A DNA stretch of 54,358 nucleotides, counting the filler, from Diploschistes diacapsis (lineage: Eukaryota): assembly GCA_023645945.1 (NCBI GenBank). It is 4 parts of 4 records of this genome, joined end to end, with 100 filler letters (N's around TTAATTAATTAA, not from the genome) between each part and the next. Parts side by side here need not be neighbours in the genome. Positions count along the whole stretch, not along the records: positions 1 to 13,529 come from JALAIB010000651.1; positions 13,630 to 27,146 come from JALAIB010000653.1; 2 more parts are not named here. One strand, written 5' to 3'. A program made the translations under genes and the position numbers. Shown here in pieces: positions 12,461 to 23,476 of this stretch; within the stretch, counting starts at the first letter, position 1; every line of letters begins with the position of its first letter. A model generated the notes under the pieces. That model ran no database searches and was not told where the DNA came from. It worked only from the letters and a program-made list of their open reading frames with translations.

Positions 12461-13529
12461 TTATTGACCAATCTTCAGCTCCTTGAATCTTCTCGCATTC
12501 TCCTCAACAGCCTTCTCGACAGGTAATCTCTCCATGCTACTCGCACCATAAAAGCCATGTACGCCATTAGTGCGACTGAGCACATATTGTGCATCTTCCG
12601 GCATGGCAATCGGTCCCCCATGACACAACACCAAGACATCCTCCTCACTTCCACCTTCACTTGGCTCCTTGGATTTGGTCTCCACAGCCGCATCTCTGAT
12701 TTCCTGGATGAGCTTAACGCACTCATCCAGGGTCTTCCCCGTCTTTGCCCCTATTGTCCCACTGGACGTCAACCCCATGTGCGCCACCAGCACGTCAGCA
12801 CCCGCCCGCACCATTCTTCGAGCGTCCTCAACGCTGAACACGTATGGCGTCGTCAGCAAATCCATGGAGCGCGCTAGCCGAACCATCCCGACTTCGTGCT
12901 CGTAGCCCATTCCGGTTTCCTCGAGGTTTTGCCGGAAACTCGAGTTGCTATCAATGAGGCCTACTGTCGGGAAGTTCTGGACCCCGCAGACGCCGAGGGA
13001 CTTTAGAGTAGAGAGGAGCGAGGGAAGGTGGTGTGAGGGATCGGTGGCGCAGAGACCGGCCAATGTTCCAGCGGAGGAGACGAGGGGTAGGACCTCGTGG
13101 GCCTATGGTGAGACCAGACTTTAGCTCGTATCATGAAGGAGAGTTTGGCGGAGAGGCCAAACCTAAAGAACCAGAAATATGCAAAGGTCAAGCTTGATAG
13201 GCAAGGGAGAAAGGGCAAGACGTATCGAGGTACAGCTGCGGATGTACAAAAAGAAGAAATCGCGTACGAAGACAACCCATAAACAAAATATCCTCGAGTC
13301 AAAAGCCAAGTACACAGTTACCAGATCCAAACGTACCATCTCAAGAACAATGTCATTCGCATTCCCATACGGCATAAGGCCTGCCAGTGACCCCAGCCCA
13401 TTCATCCGGTAGCGGCCGCTGTTGTAGACAATGATGAGGTCGGCGCCGCCAGCATCAACAGCTTTTGCTGTCAGGCCAATTCCTGCCACATCGTCAGTGG
13501 GTCATTTTCTGCGGGGGACATTGGGGGGC
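12461..13529 (-). CDS. TIM-barrel protein of the PEP-hydrolase-like/Tm-1 C-terminal family, 5'-partial
   Basis: [49 protein letters not shown] / AHEVLP...[12 protein letters not shown]...VAHMGLT...LCHGGPIA...[14 protein letters not shown]. Intron 13336..13103. An upstream acceptor at 13485-13483 shows that earlier exon(s) lie off the contig. Confidence 0.9.
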
Positions 13530-13629
13530 NNNNNNNNNNNNNNNNNNNNNNNNNNNNNNNNNNNNNNNNNNNNTTAATTAATTAANNNNNNNNNNNNNNN
13601 NNNNNNNNNNNNNNNNNNNNNNNNNNNNN
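13530..13629. other. Artificial contig spacer (44 N + TTAATTAATTAA + 44 N)
   Basis: The 12-mer has stop codons in all six frames. The same spacer occurs three times. Confidence 0.98.
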
Positions 13630-14120
13630 GGATGGGGGGGATCTTGTGTTGAGGGAATTGAAACACGGGGGGGAGAGAAGGAGTTGTGGAATGGGTTGAG
13701 GAGAGTGCTTTGTGGCAGGATATGCGAATTGGAAGCTATATATCCCGTAAGTCTCTTGTCTCTTGAGGAATTATAGTTATTACTAGGCTCGGTTAAAACC
13801 TCTTTCATTCGCTTGCTTATCGATAAGGGGTCCTCCATGTCTTGGCAATACCCCGCGTCAATATCGCGTCGCGGAAGCTAAGCTAATAGAGACCTCTTCG
13901 CAAGGCTTGCAGCAGCGGAGGGCGCTCGATTATGTGTTTAATGTTCAGGCTATAAGCGCTATTACTTCATGTCTATACTATCGATTGGGTATCTCAGTCA
14001 ACATTTAATAGCCGGCCCATCCAACTTCGAGCTGTCGTTAAGCAGCTACTGCGGCCCACGTCCAGGAATGACTTGCTGATAGAAGAGCATCCAGGTCCTA
14101 TGACCAGACATCTGGCAAGC

Positions 14121-15616
14121 CTACCTGATATAGACGTCGAGATGGTCCATATCGCAAATCTCCGTGTGCCCAAAATGTGCCGAAGGCTCCAGGCGCTCAC
14201 CATCGAACATGATAGATATCTCCTTGTCGTCCCCAATCTGCCTTTCATGCCGGAAAGCACTGGTGATGCGGGCAATAGTGGTTGACTGCGCTTGATTAGC
14301 GGGGCTGAGTTCGTAGCGCGAGCCGCTGAACCTACATCTTTCACCAGCAGCTTGAATTCCGACACCCCCTTCGCCCTGAGAATGATTCTCGTCTGTCGCT
14401 CCGGCTTTGGCTTCTCAGACAGGGCAGGTTGATCTTCCTCAACGTCTTCCTGCCCAGCCTTCCGCTTCTTCTCTTCCTCCTTAAGGATCTCTTCGTACAT
14501 CTCCTCCGTCACGACTTCCATGTGTATTTTCCGATCTGCCTCACCGAGCACATCACTCTGTCCTTCTGTGACCACGTTCCCGAACTCATCAACGCCAATC
14601 CCGAGGCTCTTGGGCGTGTTGAGGTCGAAAACCCGTCTGTTGCGAAACGTGAGGATCATGCGGGCCGTTTCAGCGTCCTCGTAGCCTTGCCGGCTGCACC
14701 ATGCGATGCGGACATCTCGCAGACGTTGATTTAGCCTCCTCTTTATGATAACAGCGTCAGTGCCAGGGAGCTTCGAGGTAATGAGAAGCGAGACTGCTGG
14801 TTCTTCGGGCGGAGGAGGGGTCGGACTTTTAGCTTGGCGCCTGCTGTTCGAAGGAGTGAAGCCCTTCGATGTTAGCTCGGTAGAGGCGTTAGTTGGCGCT
14901 GGTATATCTTCGAGGCCAAGACGTCTTCTGCGCGCTTTTTCCCGAGCCTTGCGTGCAAGTTCGGCTAGTTCTTCGTCGGATGGCAGGTCCTCCTCATCAA
15001 TAACCTGCGGGTTTCTTTGTGGCGTTACAGAGGTCATCTGAACGTCATCGTCGCAGCTTTGTTCAAGGGGCTTTGGTGTCTGTTGGGTAGGCGAATTTGG
15101 TGCATCATCGTCGTCGTCGTCGAGGTCGATGATTTCACGCTTCGGTGCAGATGCTGGCTGGCGACTCGGGCTCTGCTGGGCAGGAGAAAACGTAGTCTTG
15201 ATCCTCGACTGCGCAGACGGAGTAATCGACTTTGATTTCTTCCTCGAAGAATATGGGCTCTTCAAGGTGCCCAGCGCCGCACTCCCAACTTCCTCGGCTT
15301 CGGAGTGTGTAGTTTCAGCATCGCCCTCACTTTCGTCGCTTTCAAGTACGGTGATGGGCCGCTTCTTATCCTTACGTTCGTTAGGGCTACTACTCAATGC
15401 TTTCTCCTGTTGCCTTCTCGCGGCCTTCTCAGCCTTCTTCTTTCTGCGCCTCTCCTCCTCCTGGGCGATGGCTGCGTAGCTCTTGTCGGCCCTTGAAAAG
15501 ATGTCGTCGCCGTTAGAGGACTTTTGCGATAAAGCCCATGAAGGTTTGTTGAAGAGAGGCTTTTTGAGTTGAAACCTTTTGTCTCCTGAGGGAGTGCTTG
15601 ACGTCTCGGTGGTCAT
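14121..15616 (-). CDS. Rad60/Esc2-like protein with tandem SUMO-like domains
   Basis: N-terminal KKPLFNKPSW, SIM-like IIDLDDDD, SLD1 (VSLLITSKLPGT...RLRDVRIAWC...VFDLNTPKSLGI). After intron 14335..14286, SLD2 reads STTIARITSAFR...ISIMFDGERLEP...EICDMDHLDVYIR*. Confidence 0.82.
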
Positions 15617-15814
15617 GTTTGTCGCCAAGTACCTGGATGCAAAATCGTGGGGCGCGGGGAACTCGAGATGTAGAGAAGCGGGGGCGGCTATAAGAATCCG
15701 TGTCGTAGGAATAAGCCTCATCAACTACACGGGCAGTACTCCAACGTTGTCGTTCATACCTACTTTTAAATCACCAACAGCACCAATTTGGCCTGTTCAA
15801 GCCAAGCGGCCGAG

Positions 15815-16235
15815 ATGGAGAACGGTGGGTCGGCTTCAGATGGTCGGGATCCCTCTGGCTTCCTCGGTGAAATTCATGGCAGTACAGTTACGGTGAAGCT
15901 GAACTCAGGTGTCGTTTACAAAGGTACAAACCCCTTGATATTTGGCGAGAAGCTATCATGAGAAGCACTAGAACAATTGTTGCTTGCTTAACCAAACCTT
16001 AGTCCACGGTTGCTAATATTTGCCGAAGGGGAGCTGCAATCTGTGGATGGCTATATGAACATAGCGCTCGAAAACACCGAAGAATATGTCAATGGTGTGA
16101 AGCGAAAAGCATACAGTGATGCATTCATTCGGGGAAACAACGGTACGTTAACCTGTCTTTGCAGTCTTCGAAGGTTTCTATGGCTCTAATGCTGATCTTG
16201 TCCTCCCAGTTATGTACATTTCAGCTGGCAGCTGA
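15815..16235 (+). CDS. LSM6: U6 snRNA-associated Sm-like protein Lsm6
   Basis: Three exons missed by the ORF track: MENGGSASDGRDPSGFLGEIHGSTVTVKLNSGVVYKG / ELQSVDGYMNIALENTEEYVNGVKRKAYSDAFIRGNN / VMYISAGS*. Confidence 0.95.
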
Positions 16236-16355
16236 GCGAATCGGAACCGCTACAGACCCTACTCAAGTTTCGAGGCTGTCCTTGGAGCCACACAGATTCA
16301 TATACTACCAATTCGCTCTTCAGTGGCCTATGGGAATAGTTGTGCTTGCTCTGAT

Positions 16356-17550
16356 TTATCCATCTTGCCTTAACGGAGCTCCTGGAATGGCGGTTGTCCA
16401 GAAGGCACAAGTCTTACCATGAAGTGCAATTTCACCTTTTTCATTCCTTTCGACGTCATCGCCTTCAAGTAACTCCATGACTCGCTTTTTCGTTGTCTGA
16501 AAGCTACTGTTAGTTGTTTTTGCAACACTGATCAGCTCCGCAAATCTTGGGACGCCTACCTCTCGCTCCTCTGCTGGCAAATTGGCAATACTGCTGATGG
16601 TAGCGTACCTGTCCCACACAGCCTCCTTACTCGGTAGCCAAATGGTCCATGGTTCAATGTGCTCCCCTAAGGGTAAAGAGAACATCGGCTCTGCAGACTG
16701 AATCGTTGCGGGCGAGCTTTTGAGCTGCTCGTCGAACAGGTCAAATACCGCTTTCCACCGCTTATGCCGGAAGCGAGGTTCCTCGTCATAAAAGCTCCAC
16801 GTTAACTCTTTCATCTTTGCCTCCCATTTGGTCGTTGGTTGCCAGTCTGGCGGAGAGTTGTCTGAATGCATAAGCATGGCAGTCACGACATTTTCATGTC
16901 TTGCCTCGATTCCTCACATTCTTCAATATTCCATATCAAGCCTAGAACCCCAGCTGGAACTAGCTTTCTGTAGATCTCGCTTAGAGCGTTCATGTTCGCG
17001 AACCTGGCGAATACATTTATCAGCAACAGTTGTATCTCCGTCTTCCCCCAGCAATGTGTGAGTGAGCAGGAACACCCACCAATGGAACGCCTGCCAGCAA
17101 AAGCGTTAGCCTGTCGACCCAGGTCAAAGCCTCTTGGTACTCTTTTGCCATGCGCCCATGTTCGTCTTCCGATAAGAAAATCTCGGGTAAACAGCTTACC
17201 TGCGCAACGACCACTCCATCCGCCCATCCATCCTCCACAGCCCCCAAGCTCTCCGCGGTCCCCTCCACAACCTTTACACCCTTCAGTTGCTTGCCCTGTA
17301 GCACCGTCCTCATGTCCGCATGCGGTTCGACGGCCACGATCTCGAACTCCTCCTTCTGCCCCGCCAGCAGGCTGGTAAACTTGCCTGTGCCGGCGGCAAT
17401 CTCGAGGATCCGGGCATGCTTCATGCCTTGAACGTTGAGAGCCTTCATCAGGTTTTCTACAGATGCAGAAGGATACGACGGTCTGTGAGCGTCGTAGCTG
17501 GCCGCGTCCGAGAAGCCGGACTGGGCTCTCTCGGAAATCGCGCGGGCCAT
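16356..17550 (-). CDS. Class I SAM-dependent methyltransferase (Methyltransf_11-like)
   Basis: YDAHRPSYP, motif I ILEIAAGTGKFT, AVEPHADMR, GTAE, VVAQ-AFHW-FAN, GVLGLIWNIEE. Five exons including an 11-nt microexon at 17080..17090. Confidence 0.9.
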
Positions 17551-17974
17551 TGTGGCTTTGGAAGATGTTGTAGCGGGATGCTCGGGTGGGTGTGATGCTC
17601 AATGTAATAACTAGGCACCGATCCGCCTATTACGGTTTCCGGCATTTATCAGCTCTGCGAGTCCTGACCCAACAGGGAGCACCACCACCTGCTCCCAACC
17701 CTGTCCATACAACCCGGCTGACAATTGATCTGCATACACGCTAAGTTAGGTCCCATACAAATTTTTATGTGCATTTCCCTCAAGTCAACTCACTTTGGTA
17801 CCGCACACAAGTTCATATCACGTGATAACATTTCTCATTCTGTAATCTGAACTCACTTTTCTCCATACACTGATCAGACATTTCGTCCCCTTCCCTCTGT
17901 CATAACACAGCCTGCAACAGGCTTTGCAGAGCATTACTTCAGCATTGTACAAACTGTTGCAGTTGGACTAGCTA

Positions 17975-18884
17975 TCAATCCATACATGCATGTAATTGCA
18001 TGGACAAAACACCAAACACAAAAGCGCCAAAATAGAGGTAAATGGAAACAACAACTTCTTCACGACTCTGCCGGTTCTCTAAACCTCGAGCCAATGCATG
18101 TACCATGCACACGAACCGCATCAACCAAATAACTGCCACAGCTCCCATAGCTGTAGAAGCGAACATGCAAGCGGCCCACACCGACGAGTCCCTCAGAACA
18201 AAGGCTGAGCTTGGCATAACAACGGCACCGAGACCGAAAGTTATTGCATGGTAGAAGAACAGGGCTCGGTCTGAACTTGCATCTGGTCGTTGCTTTTCAC
18301 CTGAGTTCAATGTATAATACAGAGGTAGGATCGGAGGGAGGCGTTGTGCCTAAAGCGTGTTAGTTACGATGGTTGCTTGTATCTTGAGAAGGCTTACCTG
18401 ATTCTTGATTGCACTTGCGGTGAGAGACTCATACTGGTTTCGTTCCATATCCGCAGAGTCGAAGGCTTCGTAGCATGTCGTGCTAGCAGGATTTCGAGGC
18501 GTTTTGAAGTCTGAGTAGAGTCCAATCCTGTATCATGTTAACCTTTAGAACAAGCTTTGATTGAGTAGCATACTGATTGGTTGAGCGAGTGTTTTGCAGA
18601 GAAGATGAATCGGTCGAACAAGGGTTTTCCAGAGAAGATGGGTTAGTTGAACGAGTGATTTGCAGAGAAGATGGGTTGGCTGAACGAGAGTTTTCCAGAG
18701 AAGTGGGGTTAGTTGGAGCAATTTTTTCAAGAGAAGTACACTCGGTATATGCTGGGGTGACTCTAGAATCTGATTCTAAATGGGAGTTAGAGGGTGCGAA
18801 TGATGCTGTATTGCAGAGCTCAAGATGCCAATGATGTGAAGAAGAAACTTCATCTCCGATGGGGTAAAGCAGGGTAGGAGGCAT
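17975..18884 (-). CDS. Orphan 271-aa protein with S/T-rich 11-aa repeats and about 3 C-terminal TM helices
   Basis: Exons 18884..18574, 18527..18398 and 18349..17975 join in frame (816 nt). Introns are GTATGC...GTTAAC...CAG (46 nt) and GTAAGC...ACTAAC...TAG (48 nt). No homolog recognised. Confidence 0.65.
18577..18740. repeat. 33-bp degenerate tandem repeat, about 5 copies (coding)
   Basis: AGAGAAG recurs with GAAG at 18601, 18634, 18667, 18700 and 18733. Encodes TSLEKIAPTNP/TSLENSRSANP/SSLQITRSTNP/SSLENPCSTDS/SSLQNTRSTNQ. Confidence 0.92.
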
Positions 18885-19099
18885 TTTGGAGAAGTTTGGT
18901 TGCTATGATAGCTGTGGCAATGCTTAAATCAAGAGTGCAAGAGCGAAGATGAAGTACAACTAAAGTGGTAAATGTGGAATGAGAGATGGGGTGATAAAAA
19001 GAACATAGGAAGGCGTGTAGACGGGTTTAAAATCAGGCCAATAAGAGGATCACGTGCCCCTCAGCGCTCGGACTTGGATATAGTACTGTGCCAACAAAA

Positions 19100-19470
19100 G
19101 CTGTGAGCTTTTCCTCCTGGCGCCGTGATGGGGACAAGCTTACGTTCATCATCTGCCAACCTCTTTCCGTCCCGTTTTTATCTTCATCACCCGGCTTCCC
19201 CTCTGCCTCTCTCCCGTCTTGGCCGCAACCTCCCCGCGCAGTGGCCGCCACGGTAGACGCCCCAGAGAGGATGCTGGGGGACACCAATCTCTTTCTGACG
19301 GCGGACCATGAGGACGAGGGCGCGGTTGTGGGGGAGGTTGAGATTATGATTACCCGGCAGGGAAATCAGGGCCGAGGGTACGGCCAAGCGGCGTTGAGGG
19401 CGTTTCTGCGGTATGTGGCTAATGAGGAGAGCCGGGTCGTTGGGGAGTACTCGGGTATAAGAAAGGAGGC
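19100..19470 (+). pseudogene. NAT9-like GNAT acetyltransferase internal fragment
   Basis: SWRRDGDKLTFIICQP...MLGDTNLFL...VVGEVEIMI...QGRGYGQAALRAFLRYV is the NAT9 core with its acetyl-CoA motif. No in-frame ATG after the upstream stop near 19028. The expected N-terminal (VPY..HV..YH.WM..TASEPL) and C-terminal (KI...N..S..LF..GF) parts are not seen. Confidence 0.65.
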
Positions 19471-19744
19471 CATGACCATCAACGACTATCATGTTCCAAA
19501 GTTGCCGGTCCATCGTCGACATTGAGAGCTTCAGGTTGCAGACTGTCAGACTCGAGGGACCTTGGCGAAAGACACATGAGTCCTGCATAACGAATCACCA
19601 CGCACGCAACAGAGCCCATACAGAGGTTATTCAAGTATTCCACTTAGCAGATAAGCTCGAACCGAAGTTGCTAGACAGATCTTGATGCTCTCCACCCAAC
19701 CCCCACAACAACCAGTCCTCCGCAACCACCTGTCCCATGGGCTC

Positions 19745-20206
19745 TCAAGCAACCCTCTTCCCTTTCTTATTCTTCTTCGGTGTATCGGAGATCGTCAATG
19801 CTGCAGCGAAAAAAAAAACCAACATTAGCCGTTCCCCATTCCGTAGTCTGGCAGAAAACCCGCCTCCTCTCTAGGCCGCACTCACAGGGAGGCAGCGATT
19901 GCTTGAGCTTGTCCGCCTTGTCCGAGTCCTTCAGGCTGAGCGTGTACAGCATCCTCGAGCCACGGACCTTGAACTTGATCTGGCCCGTCTTCTTGTTGCG
20001 CTTTATGCGGGCAGCTGTCGACGTTTTAAAAAAAACACGCCATTGTCAGTAATGTTCCCCCAGTAATGGACTTTGAGATCAAGGAAAAATTGTTTGTGGT
20101 GGGAGCAAAGTGCGCGCGGTCCCGGGGATCTGGGCGACTTACATTTGGCATCCTTCCGCCTGCAGATTTCGATGAAGCGCTTGATGTCCGACACTTCCTG
20201 AGGCAT
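19745..20206 (-). CDS. RPL38: 60S ribosomal protein L38 (eL38)
   Basis: [21 protein letters not shown] / [42 protein letters not shown] / [17 protein letters not shown]. Three exons. Confidence 0.97.
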
Positions 20207-20539
20207 GGTGGGCGGGTGAGCTTGGGAGGTCGGTATAGAGGTATGGTTTGAATTTAATCAATGGTGGGCTCAAAACGATGCTCGCTTAAATTTGTCCAGG
20301 GTTCCCACTTGGCAGCGGCTTGGCAACGCGAGGACATGTGGCGCAGGCGGGTAGGCAGCCCCCCTTAGGACATATTGTTCCCTTTCCCTACTCCTGGCGA
20401 GTCAGAGGCTTACATACGCCCATTGCTCTATTGCTCGGGTTGTATCGCTCAGTTCTAAAAGAAAACAGATCATTATTGCAAGAGAAATTCATGCTCTCAG
20501 TCGCTAACCAGGATCTCAGTAAGCAACAGCGTTACCACA

Positions 20540-20977
20540 ATGTCTACACCTATCAACCGCGCCATCAGTTCCAACTCAAGGGTAAGAGGATGTTGCTTTT
20601 CATTAAATGCCCGCTGACTAAAGAGTACAGGGCACGTTTCTTGCATTCGCTGGCGTCGTGACAGCAGTATCAGCGTGGGCTATCTGGGGCTCGGACACGT
20701 TTCCTTCCCAGCAGGATCCTACAGGTGGTAGGCTCGCCCTCCATCTCAACACGCTACCTTCCTTGAAGGGTTGATATTTGGTAGATCCAGAGAAGTGGGA
20801 GGAATCAGAACTCAGGCTATGGCTTAAGAAGGTGAGATGCGCGTCTTGGTGTCCGGCCACAGTCTTGTTTGACTATATCTTTTACAGCGCGGACTCTTGC
20901 CGAGCGCAAAGACCTCCAGGGAACAGCTCCTAGAACGCGTCAAAGCGAATATGAGGCCCCCGCCAAGGACTTCTTGA
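20540..20977 (+). CDS. Small single-TM fungal protein with an Ish1/LEM-like helical motif
   Basis: Four exons missed by the ORF track: MSTPINRAISSNSR / GTFLAFAGVVTAVSAWAIWGSDTFPSQQDPTG / DPEKWEESELRLWLKK / RGLLPSAKTSREQLLERVKANMRPPPRTS*. Canonical splice sites. Resembles a conserved Pezizomycotina small protein as recalled. Confidence 0.8.
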
Positions 20978-21652
20978 TGGTGTTCTTACTTGTATGCGGC
21001 TTGTTGGCTGGCATTTGGCTTGTTTCCGCTAGTCCGAAAGAACCCGTCAATGAACTGCAGCGAATCAATTTCGCCTGAACTTTCTCCCTTTGCTGTAGCA
21101 AGGATGGCTGTCCGAAGCATTCTTGATGTATAGCTCTAGCGGAGCGCGCACATCGTTCACTGCTCTCGGATTTTTGCTTGTAGGGAAGCTGCTGGCTGGT
21201 TAAAGAGTAGTAGAAGAATGCTAGTTGATCCTAGTGTATTCGAAGCGAACTCCATATTTCTCAGAAGTACCACGAGAAAAATAGAAACTACGATGTGAAC
21301 TGCAAAATCCCAAATGCTAAACAAAGAACCTATACCGTCCTGTCAGTAGGCAAACGAGGAGCCTGGTGGCTTGGAGGAGCTTCCTAGGGTTGTAAGATCT
21401 TCGAACGGTAAAGTTCGTTCGTACGGCGGCCTGAGTCCTGAATAAGCAGCAATCCGATAGCACCCCGGTCCCAACCAGGCTGGCAGATACATCTGCGCCC
21501 AATAAGAAAAACATCAATCCAGTGCAGTCAACAAAGGCGCTGGTAGGTTGCACTATGACGCCAGTCATTACATAACTGCCGTCTTATCGCGCGATATACG
21601 CATCGAGGTAATCAGTGTTTTCTTTATGTGTTTCTTTTTTTGGAGATATTCT

Positions 21653-23349
21653 TTAGAGCTTGTCGAAGAGGTCGAACTTGACTATTTCAGTCTCCAAAGT
21701 AGTCACGTCGAGTAGGACAATCTCCCCGGTTTCTTTGAATCTCGGTATCGCAATCAATCGCACACTCTGTCCGAATGGCCCTTCGATGACCGTGCTTTCG
21801 TATCGTGGCTGGTTGCCAGCAAAATAGACATGCGGAGTTTCTTCGATCACGAAAGGCTCCTCCTCCTGGTAAGGGTAGCACCCTGAGGTATGAGTCAGTA
21901 AGTAGGCGACTGAGGACGTTGAGGAAAACCCACAAAGAGTGTCTGGTGCAGTAGGCGCACTGATTCTCCATCGAAGAACGTTTTCCATCATCTCGAGCCT
22001 CTCGTCCTCCTCAACGTATTTGAATATATCATTGATCGGCTGCCCTCCGTGACCCATAAATCTCCACCCGTCAATGTCTCCTTCCCAAGGGTTCGTCGTC
22101 GTATCGAACCACCCTGCTTCTTGGCTCATCGGTGGATTGACATAGTTTCTACTCCTGGGAAGCATTGCTGGATGTATCGGTTGTTGCGGCAATGCTACGC
22201 TGGCAGGATCTGAATCCCCTGGAAGAAGGGTGATGGGCAAAGAGGGAAGCAGACTGGCTAGGAAGTTGTCCAAATGCGCTGTAGGCGCTGGGTTGTATGC
22301 GGCTGCGTCATAGCCATACTTTTTGACCGCTTTTTTGGTAAGCTGATCGTCTGATTCACCTTTGAGGGAGGGGAGGCCGATCGAGTTGCCTGCTATGATG
22401 AGCCGGGATATAGTGGCCGCTTGCTCACGCTCAGAATTGCCGCCCGCTTCGCCCAAGAGATATTCAGCGAGCAGATCTAAAGAGAGCCCATCTGCTTCCT
22501 CGCCGGTAATGGCTAGACCACTGATGATTGCAATTTTGCCTGGCGTTGCGCAGTGGTGATCCGATCTTCGCCGCTTATTGCTGCTGCCATTTGTCAACGC
22601 CGAATCACTGTCTTCCATTTCCCAACGCTGCGGCTGCCGAGGCAGGTCGGCTACCTTGAGATCAAGGACTTCAAAGTCTCCGCTTGAGTTTTCAGTGCCG
22701 ATCACGGCTACTATGCAGCCAGTCACGAGCATGACTTGTCCCAAAAGGGTCCCCACCAACCGCAGGCGCCCGGATTCGTCTTCGAGCATGATCTGATCTT
22801 GCCCCGTAGGTGACAGATACTTTTCCCGAGGAGGAGGTGCCGTAATGAAATGCTGAGAGATATATATGTTAGTGCTAGACTAGCCCGGGGAGTCCTTCTG
22901 AACGTACGTCTTTTGAAATATCCTCGAGGATATTCGGCTTCAACGGCATTTCCATATATATAGTTCCGACAACCCAGCAAAGCTCTCCTTGTCTTACGCT
23001 AAGAACTCTATCTTTGTGCAAAGCCTTCTCATCCCCTATCTTGGCTTTGTCAGCGCAATCCGTTGCTTGACCAAAGGCACTACGAACCTCAAAATCCGCC
23101 CACGCTTGGTTAGCCACCTCTTTTATAGCGGGCTTTAACATAGCAAGGCGATAGAAGTACATGTCGCCAAATTGCTGCTGGTAATGTTTATGTTCAGCTC
23201 CATCCAGGTGGAATTTCCTCATTGGGCGATAAGTGGATGGAAGTCGCTCAATGGGCGGCAGATCATCGACCTCGCTAGCGGAATAAACTTCAACCCATAG
23301 TTCAAATCTGATCAACTTACCTGAGAGCTTTGAGAAGGTCTTCGGCCAT
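21653..23349 (-). CDS. POL31: DNA polymerase delta small subunit (Pol31/Cdc1/POLD2)
   Basis: YQQQFGDMYFYRL, GELCWVVGT, LEDESGRLRLVG, ISRLIIAGNS, LPQQPIH, TNPW, APTAPDTL-WCYP, PHVYFAGNQ. Five exons. Confidence 0.96.
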
Positions 23350-23436
23350 CTTCGCCCCCTACGAGGATAAGCTTGTGCTGAAGTGTCAAGTCAGGTAGCT
23401 AGGGTTGGAAAATAAAAAGTAGTGCGAGGGAGTCTA

Positions 23437-23476
23437 TCGCGTACTGCTGCGGCCGCGCAAGTTTCGCGCTTATATA
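23437..23476. promoter_or_regulatory. Cluster of CGCG-core (MCB/SCB-like) elements plus TATATA in the POL31/peptidase divergent promoter
   Basis: TCGCGT (23437), CCGCGC (about 23453) and TTTCGCG (23462) lie within about 120 bp of the POL31 ATG. Consistent with MBF control of replication genes. Confidence 0.45.

Noticed and set aside
13574..13585. Palindromic TTAATTAATTAA repeated at about 13.6-kb intervals as a biological periodic element
   Set aside because: Always embedded in 44+44 N. It is a six-frame stop linker, and the spacing reflects length-sorted contigs.
13578..13838. ORFs that run into N gaps (also 26959-27198 and 40811-41083)
   Set aside because: They end only at linker stop codons and show no recognisable protein features.
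18577..18740. 33-bp repeat as a CRISPR array
   Set aside because: Contiguous degenerate coding repeat without unique spacers, in eukaryotic DNA with no cas genes.
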